From Acanthaster planci (Eukaryota), in assembly GCF_001949145.1 (NCBI RefSeq), contig NW_019091362.1, positions 2,654,204-2,718,203 on the forward strand: a stretch of 64,000 nucleotides of DNA, in the 5' to 3' direction. The position numbers and the translations under genes are program-made. Under the pieces are notes generated by a model that did not search any database, was not told the DNA's origin, and was given only the letters and a program-made list of their open reading frames with translations. This document shows positions 13,047-23,499 of this stretch, in pieces (position 1 is the first letter of the stretch; every line of letters begins with the position of its first letter).

Positions 13047-13296
13047 TTAGAAGTTGGTTTCCCGTGAAGCATCCCCATCCATCCTCTTGTGTTCCCGATC
13101 CACCACCTCCAGGGAGTTGCGGTTGGAGGTGTCCATCATCTTATTGCTGTGATGGTTGACATCTGGGTAGGAGCCACCGGCTTCTTGAGCTGCCAGGGCT
13201 GCGTCTTGGGCGGCCAGCTCGTTCCTAGACAGATGGTAGACAATACCTGCTCCGTAGGAATCCCCAAGAACGTTGATGGAGGTACGCAGGCGGTCC
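13047..13296 (-). CDS. SLC1A2: EAAT terminal coding exon (TM8, C-tail)
   Basis: cag|G GAC..; [34 protein letters not shown]. Confidence 0.93.
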
Positions 13297-16200
13297 CTGG
13301 GAGGGGGAAAAAAAAAGACAGCAATGAAGGACAGTTTAGTGTGCACTGTTGCCCACTGATGAGTACTCATATTGGTTCGTGCTCATTGCAAAGACAAGTG
13401 AATTTGGGATGTCAAGGCAAAAGTCTTGACTTGAATGGTACTAGGGTTGTAATTGAGTTCATCACCAGTCCTAACAAGTCCAAGGACCATCAAAAGTCAA
13501 TTATGTCTTAAGCTAAGTCACAGGTTATTCAAGCAAGAAAGGTATTCCTGTGCCAAGTGCCCACGTGGATTACGCCATAGATTGGCGCAGTAACCAGTGC
13601 ATGCTCCGCTCCACATGCGTGCAAGTACCTTTGTGCCTCCAGGCCATTACCGCATTCAGGAGACAAGTTCTTCTGTTAGGAGAATCAAAACAGGGTTGTG
13701 GGGAAACAGTCTGCACCCCCCATCATGATTTGGTCCCCACAAGGTCTACATTTCAACACCAGTGTTATCCCCACACCTCTGAAACAAACACATGTGCGTA
13801 TGGCATGCGCCGCTCAAGCAAGGAAGATGGTTGCTCAGTAGTGACCAGACCGATTTTGGCTACTTACAAGAACCAATCCACTAAGAGGATGATGCTGACA
13901 TCGTTGGTGGGCAGGCCAGCAGCAGTCAACACCAAGAGCATGGTGACTACCCCAGCACTGGGGATGCTAGCTGCTCCAATGCTCGCAAGCGTGGCTGTCA
14001 AGCTGTATCCCAAAAAAGGAGAAAGGTCAGCGAGAAGAAACTTGAAAGCTTCATCAACCGGATACATAGATTGGGATATTTCCTTTCTTTACCTCACCCA
14101 AAAAGCAATCTGTTACTGTCTAAAATTAGGAATGCAACCCGATAAATGCAAGGAGTGCTGCTACAAGAGACGCTACTAGATATTGTTCTGTATGTACATT
14201 CAGTGGCTATTTCTACTCGGAAAAGAGTGTGGGGGGAAATGAAGGTGTTGGTATTGGGCATGTGGCAGTGTGTCTGGACAGAAGATCCAATTTCGGTTAC
14301 ACACCTGACAGTGATGACTTGGCCAACAGAGAGGGGGATTCCGTTCATCTGCGCAATGAAGATGACTGCCACAGCTTCGTACAGTGCCGTGCCGTCCATG
14401 TTGACGGTGGCCCCGATGGGCACCACAAAGCGCGTGACCCGGCGATCGATCTTGTTGTTTTCCTCCAAGCAGCGAAAGGTGACAGGAAGCGTGGCGGCAC
14501 TGTATGAAAGAGAACGGACTGAAAATGTTCAACCCTGATTCGATAGCATGTGTTTAACACTGAGAGCGATTTGAAAGATATACGTGGAATAACCTCCAAT
14601 GTCCATGTACAGGATTGATTGATTAAACAGACAACATCCTTGTGCAAGGAGTCAAGTGTGTTGAAGTACCTTAATTAACTACTTGTTGCCAGATGATGTG
14701 TAAACACACATAACTTTCCTTATATGTTCCACGGAGGATGTGTACACTGGTTTAAGAATTCTTTGCCCATTTCCACAGTTGCTTGGCTGGGTCAAAGCGT
14801 GGAAGATGATCCCACACACAGATGCTGCTATTAAGTGGACCCCCCAACCTACAATAATCCAGAATTCCTTTCTTGAGTAATTAGAATTATACTGAGCAGC
14901 CAACACCATACATAAAAGAACTAAGGGATTTAAAGACCTCCTTTGTTTGGGGTAAACCGATTTGCTTGGGAATAAAACCACACTTACAAAAGAGATAGAG
15001 TTACAAAATCTCAACTAGCAACTCCTTTGTATCAAAACAAACGGCAAAAACACAAATGGCCACGGGTGACGCCTATATATACTATGGGCGTTTTGTATGT
15101 GAACCGGTGGCCACGGGTGACGCCTATATATACTATGGACATTTTGTATGTGAACCGGTGGCCACGGGTGACGCCTATATATACTATGGGCGTTTTGTAT
15201 GTGAACCGGCGGCCACGGGTGACGCCTATATATACTATGGACATTTTGTACATGAACCGGCTGATGTCTGGACATGTGCCACAACTCTGACCAGGGCAAT
15301 TGAAAAACGTCTGAACAGAAGAACTCAGGGGGAAAAGAATGAAAGTACTGACGCTTGAACTCAAGAGTTGTGCCTCCCTACATGTACATATTTCATGGGC
15401 ACCAAAAATAAATTGCAATGTTGAAGAATTTGCCCCCCCCCAAAAAAAACATCCCAGTGGCTTTTTCGGGGAAGAAAACCTGACATTAACTAGTTAACAA
15501 AAGTCTTGACTACGCCCCAACACTACGTTGTAATGACCACAGCAAAAAATAAAAGGCTCAAAACTGACCAAACTGAAGGTGTGATAAAATCAGGCCAAAA
15601 GTAAGCAGCAGCAACCTACATGTATGAGCAACTTGTTTCATTTCATCTTTGGAAATCAGAGGTTGAAGTCGGGCTGAATAGCTGTGCTAAATAAAACAAT
15701 GCTGGGGGAATCCTAATGATTCATGAGCAATCCTAGGTATGATCAAAGTCAGGCATGCAAAACACACAGGTGGGGAAAGTTGTCAATGTAAAGACCCTGC
15801 CAATCAAGTTGAAACACTTTCCTTCTTACTAGAGACCCATGGAATGCTGGTTCATAGCTGTCTCTCTCTCACGGGGTACAATTTATTGTGCGGAGCAGGT
15901 TGACAAGATATCTGGTCTTTTTACCTGGAGGAAGTGGCGATAGCCATCAGCCACGCCTGCAGCATGCCATGGAAGTACACAAAAGGGTTCTTGCGGACGA
16001 TGACAAAGTAGATGGTCATGAGGCAGCCCAGGTGGATGATCAGCCCCACGATGACGGTGACCATGTACATGCCCAGCTGGACAAAGATGACCTCTGGCTT
16101 CTCCATGGCCAGGATCTTGGCGCAGATCAGGCTCATGATGCCGATGGGCGAATACCTGGGTATCGTTTGTTGTTGTTTTTTTTTCATTTGAGGAGGAAGG

Positions 16201-19200
16201 GAAGGAATGGTGAAAAAGAGGAGGTTGGTAATTTTAGAAAGTTAGGGAAAACTTGGTTATATTTTACCCCTAATGGAGACCATGTCACCACAGATCCCAT
16301 ATATATCGCCAAAAATTCTTTGCAGTCGGCCATCCTTTGAGGCTGTGTTCAAGTTGGGATCTTAGTGGCTATGACTTTGAGTATGCCAGTAATGCATCAT
16401 AATAAGTATCAATGGCCACGTAATAAAGGCCTGTTTTAACCCTGACGTCAAGTAAAGCTATGAAAAATATGTACTAGCCTGTAGTATGCGGTGCTCTTGG
16501 CTACTTCTACAGAGTGTCTACAGTACTTTTTTTATGGTGTTATATAGGTGTCAAATGTGTGTCGTGTCATGCTGTCATATTGTGGTGTCATGTCATGCTG
16601 TCACCTTTTTCCTCAAAGCTAATTACAATAGCGAAGTAAGACATGACATGGCGTCATCTATCGTGGCACCACCTGTCCTTCCCGTTGTCACCTGTCACAT
16701 TGTGCCATTGCATCGTGCCTCTCGCCGTGCTACCTTTCATCAAAGGCACCACCTACTGCCAAGGGATGGGTGATAACAACATGCCACGTGATGGCACAGT
16801 GGGCGACGGCATGACACGATGCCACGACGCGAAGCCACAAACGCGACGCATATTTGTCGTCTATAGAACACCACACCGTTTACTTCTCAGTACTTCAGCC
16901 TGTATAACATATGTAGCACTTGGCAGTGTATGCTCCGTCCATCCAAATAATTACCCAGGCAGTCAGGTTTAAAGATGGCAAACAGATAGGAAACCAGTGA
17001 TGTAGACCTGGCTGTCAATGATTTATTCCCACGGCATTACACTCACTATGTAACCACACAAAAACATAATTACGCCACATATTAGTTGAAAGGTAAGAAT
17101 GTGGGCCCCACATCAGGACACAGGTTGTGGCAAGGTCAGGTAATACACTACTCGGCATCACATAAATAAAAGTGAACAGATGTCTGCTTGGAATTGCACG
17201 TGCTGCTGTGTCTGGTTGAAGTGCTTGTTAGTGACTAGCATCACAACTCGTCACTGTTGTGACTTTTTTTGAGTGGTACTGCCGAAGATGAGAGTTATGA
17301 CTGTTAGAAATGAATTGAAATTTTTGAAACAGGTGGACTGCAGATTGTCTGAAGGATCACTGAACTCACAACTATTTTACAGGTAAGTTCACAGGTAAGT
17401 GAAGTAAGATTTAGCCAATTAGTTTAGGTACGAGGAGGAAAGGGTTGCAGGAACTGTTGGAAGTAGAAGAAGTATGGAGAACCAAATAAAAATATTTCTT
17501 GTGGGAAATAAAGCCCATTTACACAAACAAGTAATAATGGAAAGTGGTGACGAAAAGTGGTACGGTGTGCTGTGTGATGTATACGCACAATATGGAAATG
17601 CACTCAGAGGGACTTCTCAAAATACCAACGTGGGAAGAACTGAAGGAATGACGAAGACACACCCAACAACGCTGATCAGTGCATGATGTCATACCTACCT
17701 TCAGCTAAACTGCTGATTGGCCAGGGACCCCCGTCTCATTGTAGTATCTTTAAAAATCAATCGGATTTCTAAACACTGCAGTAAATTACCCCATCAGGTG
17801 GTTCGCCCGTTCTTGAGTGTAAGCAGTCCCACTGCAAACTACTATGTTGGACATTCGTTACCAACCCAGAAATCTGACACCTAGCACCTGTTAGCCCGTG
17901 GATGCGTGGAGGAGAGACAGAACTCACCACATAATGAGGTTGACCAGCTGCATGGTGAGTTCGGCCAAGATGTCAAAGAACTCAATCATGACGCGCCCCT
18001 TCTCTCCCATCCGACTCAGAAGCAAGCCGAAAGCGATGCAGAAGGTAACGATGCCTGGATAAAATATGGGAATACTGGAGTGAGATCTGAGGAAAACGAA
18101 ATATCCACAACACAATCACCAGAGGGTTTGAGGGCCCACAGAAGCATGGAGTCTATGATAATATACTTATGTTTGCCTTGAGGCACCCCTGAAAATACCC
18201 ATTTCTTGTGTTCTATGTCAACTTTTATACATGTACGTAAAAACACCGTTATGGTAATCCAGGATTTTCTACATTTTGCAAGAAACTGTTTGAAAAATCC
18301 TGAAATCAGGAAAATCCCAATTAAAAAAATCCTGAAATCAGGAAAAAGGATTTTCTACATTTTGCAAGAAATTGTTTGAAAAATCCTGAAATCAGGAAAA
18401 TCCCAGTTAAAAAAATCCTGAAATCAGGAAAAATCCTGGCAAATCACACCCCTGCTTTAAAGGTGGACAGGCTACCTGCAACAAATCACAAATGCTGTGT
18501 AATACCTACATGTCTGAATGACTGGCAGGACATGTCTAATTTGCTGGATTACGGTTGTTTTTTTTTCAAAGCAAAAACATCTCCTCAATCTCTGAAATAG
18601 CTTTGTATTTTCACCCATAACTGACTAAGTAACATACCAGCCATGCATTTGAACATGCATCAGGAAAGTGCCGGTAATTACGTTGAGGGAGTGTGCACAA
18701 CTTAATGGACTATTCCTGAATCTATACCCACTAGCTGTGTCCATGAGAAACTTTCTGACAAGCGAGAGCACAAGAAGAACAATTTGCAGTAAGCTTACAG
18801 GAACAACTGTGCCTTCCACTTACCTAACACATTCATGCCATCTTTGTAACCAATCGTGCGCACCTTCTTCATACCCAAGCTGACCATCTCGTACTTGGGG
18901 CCCGTCATCGGGTTGCCAGTGAACATCATGTCCGACATGTTCATGGGATTCATGCTGACCATTTCCTCTGTGGTCATGGTTGCGTTGGCGATCATGGTTG
19001 CGTTGCTGTCCATGGTTGTGTTGATTAAAACTTTCTTGAACTGCTCCTTTTCCTCATATATCGTTGTTGACTGTGCACATAACACACATGACCAGGAAGA
19101 ACTTTATTAAACTCATACATGTGAACTCAACTCTGGCGTTTTGCTCTTTTCAATTTTAGAGCGAAAAATGTCAAAACAAGCAAAACTTATAATGAGCTCG

Positions 19201-22200
19201 ACGTGAAGGCAGAACCTCTAAGATATTGTGCACACATGCAGCAGAAATGTTAAGTGAATCAAGTGGAGTGCTGTCTACATGTGTAACTTTTAATAATTAC
19301 AAAATTAAGAAAAGAATTACCAAAAATTAATAATTAAAAGAATTGTTCTGAAAGTCAATATTGTAGTTGAGCCCATTACAAATCCTCACAAGTCCATTGT
19401 ACATCAATCACAAAGCATCCAGTCCCAAGACATGTCAAAAGTTATTCAAAAGATTAAGCATCTCTAACATTCATTCTGGCTGTGTTTGACAGGAATTGTG
19501 AATTGACTTTGAGACCATCCAGTCGACTACCAGTCAATTGCCCTTGGAAACCTATGCCAAATAAATGCCCACATCCTGGGTACCAGGCAAAAGACCGTGA
19601 CAGACTAATGGCTGTAGATCAACTTGGCTACGTGCGACCAATCTTGTGGCAGAGTCTGCCACAAGACTGGTTCAAACCTGGAATGTACATGTCAGGAAAA
19701 GAGGGCTCTCCAGCTCACAAATGCTGTCATTATCTAAATTCTGTTTTTTTTGGTAGTTCTTGGATACCACTCAGGTGCCTTGAAACTGACAAAGTTTCAG
19801 ACACAGATTTTTTACCTAGTGCAGAAAGTCCCTCAAAGCAAGTTGGTGCCCCTCCTCCAAAATTCAGCACAGTCCCCCATAACCCCCCCCCCCGGGAAAA
19901 GCTAATGTAGTTACAATACTACATTTGAGGCTCAGTCAGGCAGGATATGACTGCATCATTGATTTCTTTCATTAAGGAATCTGACTAATCTTGTTTTTCC
20001 CCCTCGTGTTATATTCAATGTCTCGAAATTTTTCATCTTAAAAAAAAGCTGGTTTCATTCTCGAAAGTATTATTCATCTAAATTGACATTACTAGTTCAG
20101 CTTATTCAGATAATTCAGCTTATTATTGAGTGAAGTTTTAAAAAGTTCTCAGTATGCCTACAGACGCTGCAAATGTAAGCCTAAACGTCTGGTCCATTAC
20201 AGGTTGCTACTGACTTGTTCGAAGCATGCTTGCACCAGGTTAACAGGCATCATGTTTCTGAGGGAGCAAAGAAAGAACACAGAACAGACTACGATAAGCT
20301 TTCTCCAAGCAATTTTCTTGTCATTGGAGGAAAGGATGAGATTTTGCAGTAAAAAATTACCACAAACACTCCATGAACAATATTAAATGTCAGAAATGGT
20401 TCAATTGTAATATTTTGCAATAATTATTTGAATCAGAACTGTAGTTAAGTTTTTGCGATTATTCGGAGCTTTCTTGTAAACCCAAATATAGAATGGTATG
20501 GAACGACTCAACCCTGCATTGACTGAGAATTTTGAATGAGTAGGACACACAGTCAGACAGGGGCATGCGAAAAACATGCAAAAACCTAGCCAATTTCAGC
20601 GTAACTTTGCTCCAATTACTGAAATACTCAGGCCGTACTGTTTGAGTTCCTGGCCAATGAATTTTTCACCCCCGTGTTCTTAATTGACTCGGAAAAGATC
20701 TCAGCTGCAGCTCTGATCAACACTGACTACTGTAGGACTGCACATGCATGTACGCTCACTTCCAGTGTGCCAGGTCAAATCTTGTGTGATACTGTTACCC
20801 ACGTGCACGGTGTATGCCATAATTTCCTCAATCATTAGGATTTCCTTCACAATTCATTTTATGCTATTCTACTGCGACTTAACAATGACATTTTCTTTTG
20901 TTGTCTTCTCTTGTGGTGGCAGAATCCACAACACAGAGGTAAAAGCAAAATTTTCGAAACTGGAGTGGGGTTTAATTGTCCCCTCCCCGACTTCGGCTCC
21001 ACGGAGACTCAATGTGTTCCTAGTTACATGTGGGTTAATTTGGTGGTGAACATTACTTTACCCACTTGAAGACGGCATTATTTTTGGCCTCAAAATATCA
21101 ATTTTGACCAACACGAGATGTAGCGGCGCTCTTTGGATATAAATCCAAGTGCCACCAAAAGGGGTGAGGGGAGATGAATTAACATGTTTAAACATCAGCC
21201 AGAGGTTGAGTCAGGGACTGTGAGGCTGTTTACCCCTCAACCGTGCCACTGTTGAAGGGTTGTCAATGTCAAGAATAACAAAACCTTCCAAATTTCCTGA
21301 ATCCAGCAAGAGGAGGCGGGCAGGCCTTTGCCACTGACCTTAGTAGATCCAGAATAGCGTCCATGGTGGTCACTTCTTTCTCCTCTCCAAACTCACCCAG
21401 CGAGGCCTTGGTCTCTGCCTTGCCCGGGTGTATGCTCAGCACCAGGATGATGCCGATGATGACTGCGATGCATGTCGTCACCGAGTAGTAGACCAGAGCT
21501 CGCAGGCCTAACTTCCCACTCTCTTTGGTGTCCAGGCCAGTTAAGCCTACCAAAAGGAAAGACAAGCAAACAGAAAAGAAAACTTGGTGTTGAAGCAGAA
21601 ATTTGGCATGATGCTGTCACCAGTGCACCTGACAGAAAGGGTATTCCTGATTTTTTCTTCGATAAGCAACCTCAGAGTGATAAAGTAACAACAAACCAAG
21701 TCAAGCGCGTTTAAAAAGTTACATTATTCCAAAGTATTACTATTGAGCAAAAATAATAACCTAATACCTAATAACCTAAGCACTGAGCCTTAACACTCAA
21801 GGGTTCATTGCAATTAAATGCAGAATCTTGATGAATTGAGCATGGTTGGGCTACAGAAATTAGTCTTCACATCAGGATGAATTGAAGACAATAGAGGAGC
21901 AAGGCCAAGGCACAAATTCTCCATCTTCCAAGATCCATCGCTTCGTGGCGAGGAAGAATGAGAGAGGTGGGAAAGATGAAGGAGATAGCAGAAAGTGGGA
22001 TAAATGGAAAGGGGGTAGAAAAGTATTGGAACCAATCTCTCTTTAAAAAAAATCTTACCTGAGATGAGACTAGCCACGATCAGTGGGAGAATCAGCATCT
22101 TGAGGAGTCTCATCAAGATGTCTCCCGGGAAACCGATGAGGAGGATCGCATCCTCCGAGGGCTCAGCCAGGCGCAGGAGCAGGCCCAGAACAATGCCTAG

Positions 22201-22323
22201 GATGACGGCCACCAGCGTGAAGAGGAGCAGTAGGTTTTGACGCACCCAGCTCAGCACCTTCTGCAACCGCCGGTTCTCATAAGGCTGCAGCGTGTATTCG
22301 TTTCGTCCTGATTCCACCTCCAT
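13047..22323 (-). CDS. SLC1A2: Excitatory amino acid transporter, EAAT2/GLT-1-like (SLC1 family), 566 aa; complement join(22059-22323,21339-21546,20215-20257,18824-19070,17928-18054,15925-16155,14305-14499,13868-14002,13047-13296)
   Basis: Nine GT-AG exons sum to 1701 nt in frame. Motifs: [22 protein letters not shown] (HP1), [36 protein letters not shown] (HP2), [16 protein letters not shown]. Residue patterns are closest to vertebrate EAAT2; orthology not tested. Confidence 0.95.
13868..14002 (-). CDS. SLC1A2: EAAT coding exon 8 (HP2, TM8 start)
   Basis: [44 protein letters not shown]. Confidence 0.95.
14305..14499 (-). CDS. SLC1A2: EAAT coding exon 7 (TM7, NMDGT motif)
   Basis: [50 protein letters not shown]. 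Confidence 0.95.
14675..15330 (+). mobile_element. Dispersed repeat starting TTAA-C(T/C)ACTTG (piggyBac-like end), copy 1, in the EAAT intron between coding exons 6 and 7
   Basis: Aligns with 23018-23491 from ttaac.acttg to gaactcaggg. Confidence 0.7.
15058..15260. repeat. Minisatellite, 4 x 51 bp
   Basis: Unit ggccacgggtgacgcctatatatactatgg(gcg/aca)ttttgtatgtgaaccggt at 15058, 15109, 15160, 15211. Confidence 0.95.
15925..16155 (-). CDS. SLC1A2: EAAT coding exon 6 (TM5-TM6, HP1)
   Basis: [25 protein letters not shown]; cag| and |gtaaaa. Confidence 0.92.
16535..16873. mobile_element. Inverted-repeat (MITE-like) element in the EAAT intron between coding exons 5 and 6
   Basis: tggtgttatataggtgtcaaatgtgtgtcg versus the reverse complement of the right end tggtgttctatagacgacaaatatgcgtcg; imperfect arms of about 70 bp. 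Confidence 0.65.
17928..18054 (-). CDS. SLC1A2: EAAT coding exon 5
   Basis: [43 protein letters not shown]; cag| and |gtgagt. Confidence 0.93.
18261..18455. repeat. 86-bp tandem duplication within a probable DNA-transposon end (terminates ..cacacccctg)
   Basis: aggattttctacattttgcaagaaa..aatcctgaaatcaggaaa at 18261 and 18347; four AATCCTGAAATCAGGAAA subrepeats. Confidence 0.8.
18824..19070 (-). CDS. SLC1A2: EAAT coding exon 4 (large extracellular loop)
   Basis: cag|TCA..G|gtaagt; [15 protein letters not shown]. Confidence 0.9.
20215..20257 (-). CDS. SLC1A2: EAAT coding exon 3 (43 nt)
   Basis: cag|A AAC..CAA|gtcagt; [15 protein letters not shown] matches the family motif RN.FP.NLV.ACF.Q; absent from the ORF track. 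Confidence 0.9.
21339..21546 (-). CDS. SLC1A2: EAAT coding exon 2 (TM3)
   Basis: [33 protein letters not shown]; tag| and |gtcagt. Confidence 0.93.
22059..22323 (-). CDS. SLC1A2: EAAT coding exon 1 (N-terminus, TM1-TM2)
   Basis: aagATGG start with an upstream in-frame [22 protein letters not shown]|gtaag. Confidence 0.92.
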
Positions 22324-22499
22324 CTTGATGCGGGGATCACAATATGTCAGTTTTTTTTTTTTTACTTTGCTGTTTTTTGGAGGGTTGTTTCTCCTTTGCT
22401 TTGTTCTGTGTTTGTGTGTCCGAGTCTTTCACTCACTGAGGCTTACTCGCAAACATCGACAGCAACCCTGAGCCCCAAGAGATTACAACTTGATGATAC
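22324..22499 (-). other. 5' UTR part of EAAT coding exon 1, beginning at a splice acceptor
   Basis: Minus strand reads tttttctttcatttcatgtttag|GTATC at 22499, a strong pyrimidine tract plus AG. Confidence 0.6.
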
Positions 22500-23017
22500 C
22501 TAAACATGAAATGAAAGAAAAAATTTACTCATTATTTGTATGGAATTTTGCTGACACATGCAAACTGGAATAGTTCTCTGCTCTTCTCAAAACATCTGCC
22601 AACATGGACTGCTCACCAAGGTTCTTCGTCGCAACAAGTAAACGCTTCATGTACTTCAACCTATGCTACTCGTGAACCTATGGTCTGAAGTCACTTTTCA
22701 TCACAACTTTTCATGAGCTTTTCTGCAATGCTATGAAAACCACTACCACAGAAAAGGGGAGCAAAAAAAAACCTTTTCAAAAGCTGGTGAAAGAGTTGGT
22801 TGTCATGCACTTTCTGAACATCTTTCACAAAACACAATGCGACTTTGGATGCAGTCAAGCACTTAACACATTATACCCCGGCACTCAGATATACATGTAA
22901 TGCTGGCTGTACATGCAATTTATATGAACAGACACTTTGGGAACATTTCTCACACAATACTACCGGTATATGTTAACAGATACAATTAAGCAGGTGCTTG
23001 GTTTATACAGTTGATTG

Positions 23018-23491
23018 TTAACCACTTGTCACTGGATGATATGTAAATACACAAAAGTTTCCTTATTCGTTCCACGGCGGACGTGTACACTCGTTTAAAA
23101 ATTCCTTTTTCATTTCCACGGTTGACAAATTAACCATTGTGCTTGGTTGGGTCAAAGCGGGGAAGACAATCCTACATGCGGACACTGCTACTACGTGGGA
23201 CCCCCAACCCACAATAATCTGGATATGCCTTTCTTGAGTAACGATGCCCTTCTTGAGTAATTAGACACAAAAGAACTAAGGGGATTTACGTGGTCCTCTG
23301 CTTAGGTAAACTGATTTGCTAGGGAGTGAAACCACGCATCTAATGAAACAAATGGCAAAGAACACACACGGCCACATGTGACACCTATACACGATGAACC
23401 TTTTGTTTGTGAGCTGGTTGACATCTAGACATGTGCTGCAATTCTTACCAGAGCAGTTAAAAAAAAACGGCTTGAACAAAAGAACTCAGGG
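23018..23491 (+). mobile_element. Dispersed repeat starting TTAA-CCACTTG, copy 2
   Basis: Shares gttccacgg.gga.gtgtacact, cttgg.tgggtcaaagcg, aaagaactaag with 14675-15330. Confidence 0.7.
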
Positions 23492-23499
23492 TTTTCTGT

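Noticed and set aside
15015..15418. Repetitive ORFs on both strands and a CRISPR-like periodic array
   Set aside because: They result from a 51-bp (multiple of 3) head-to-tail minisatellite with no unique spacers and no cas genes, in a eukaryotic intron.
13089..16340. Plus-strand ORFs (13089-13511, 13550-14179, 14146-14538, 15888-16340)
   Set aside because: Antisense shadows of GC-rich EAAT exons with no independent protein features.
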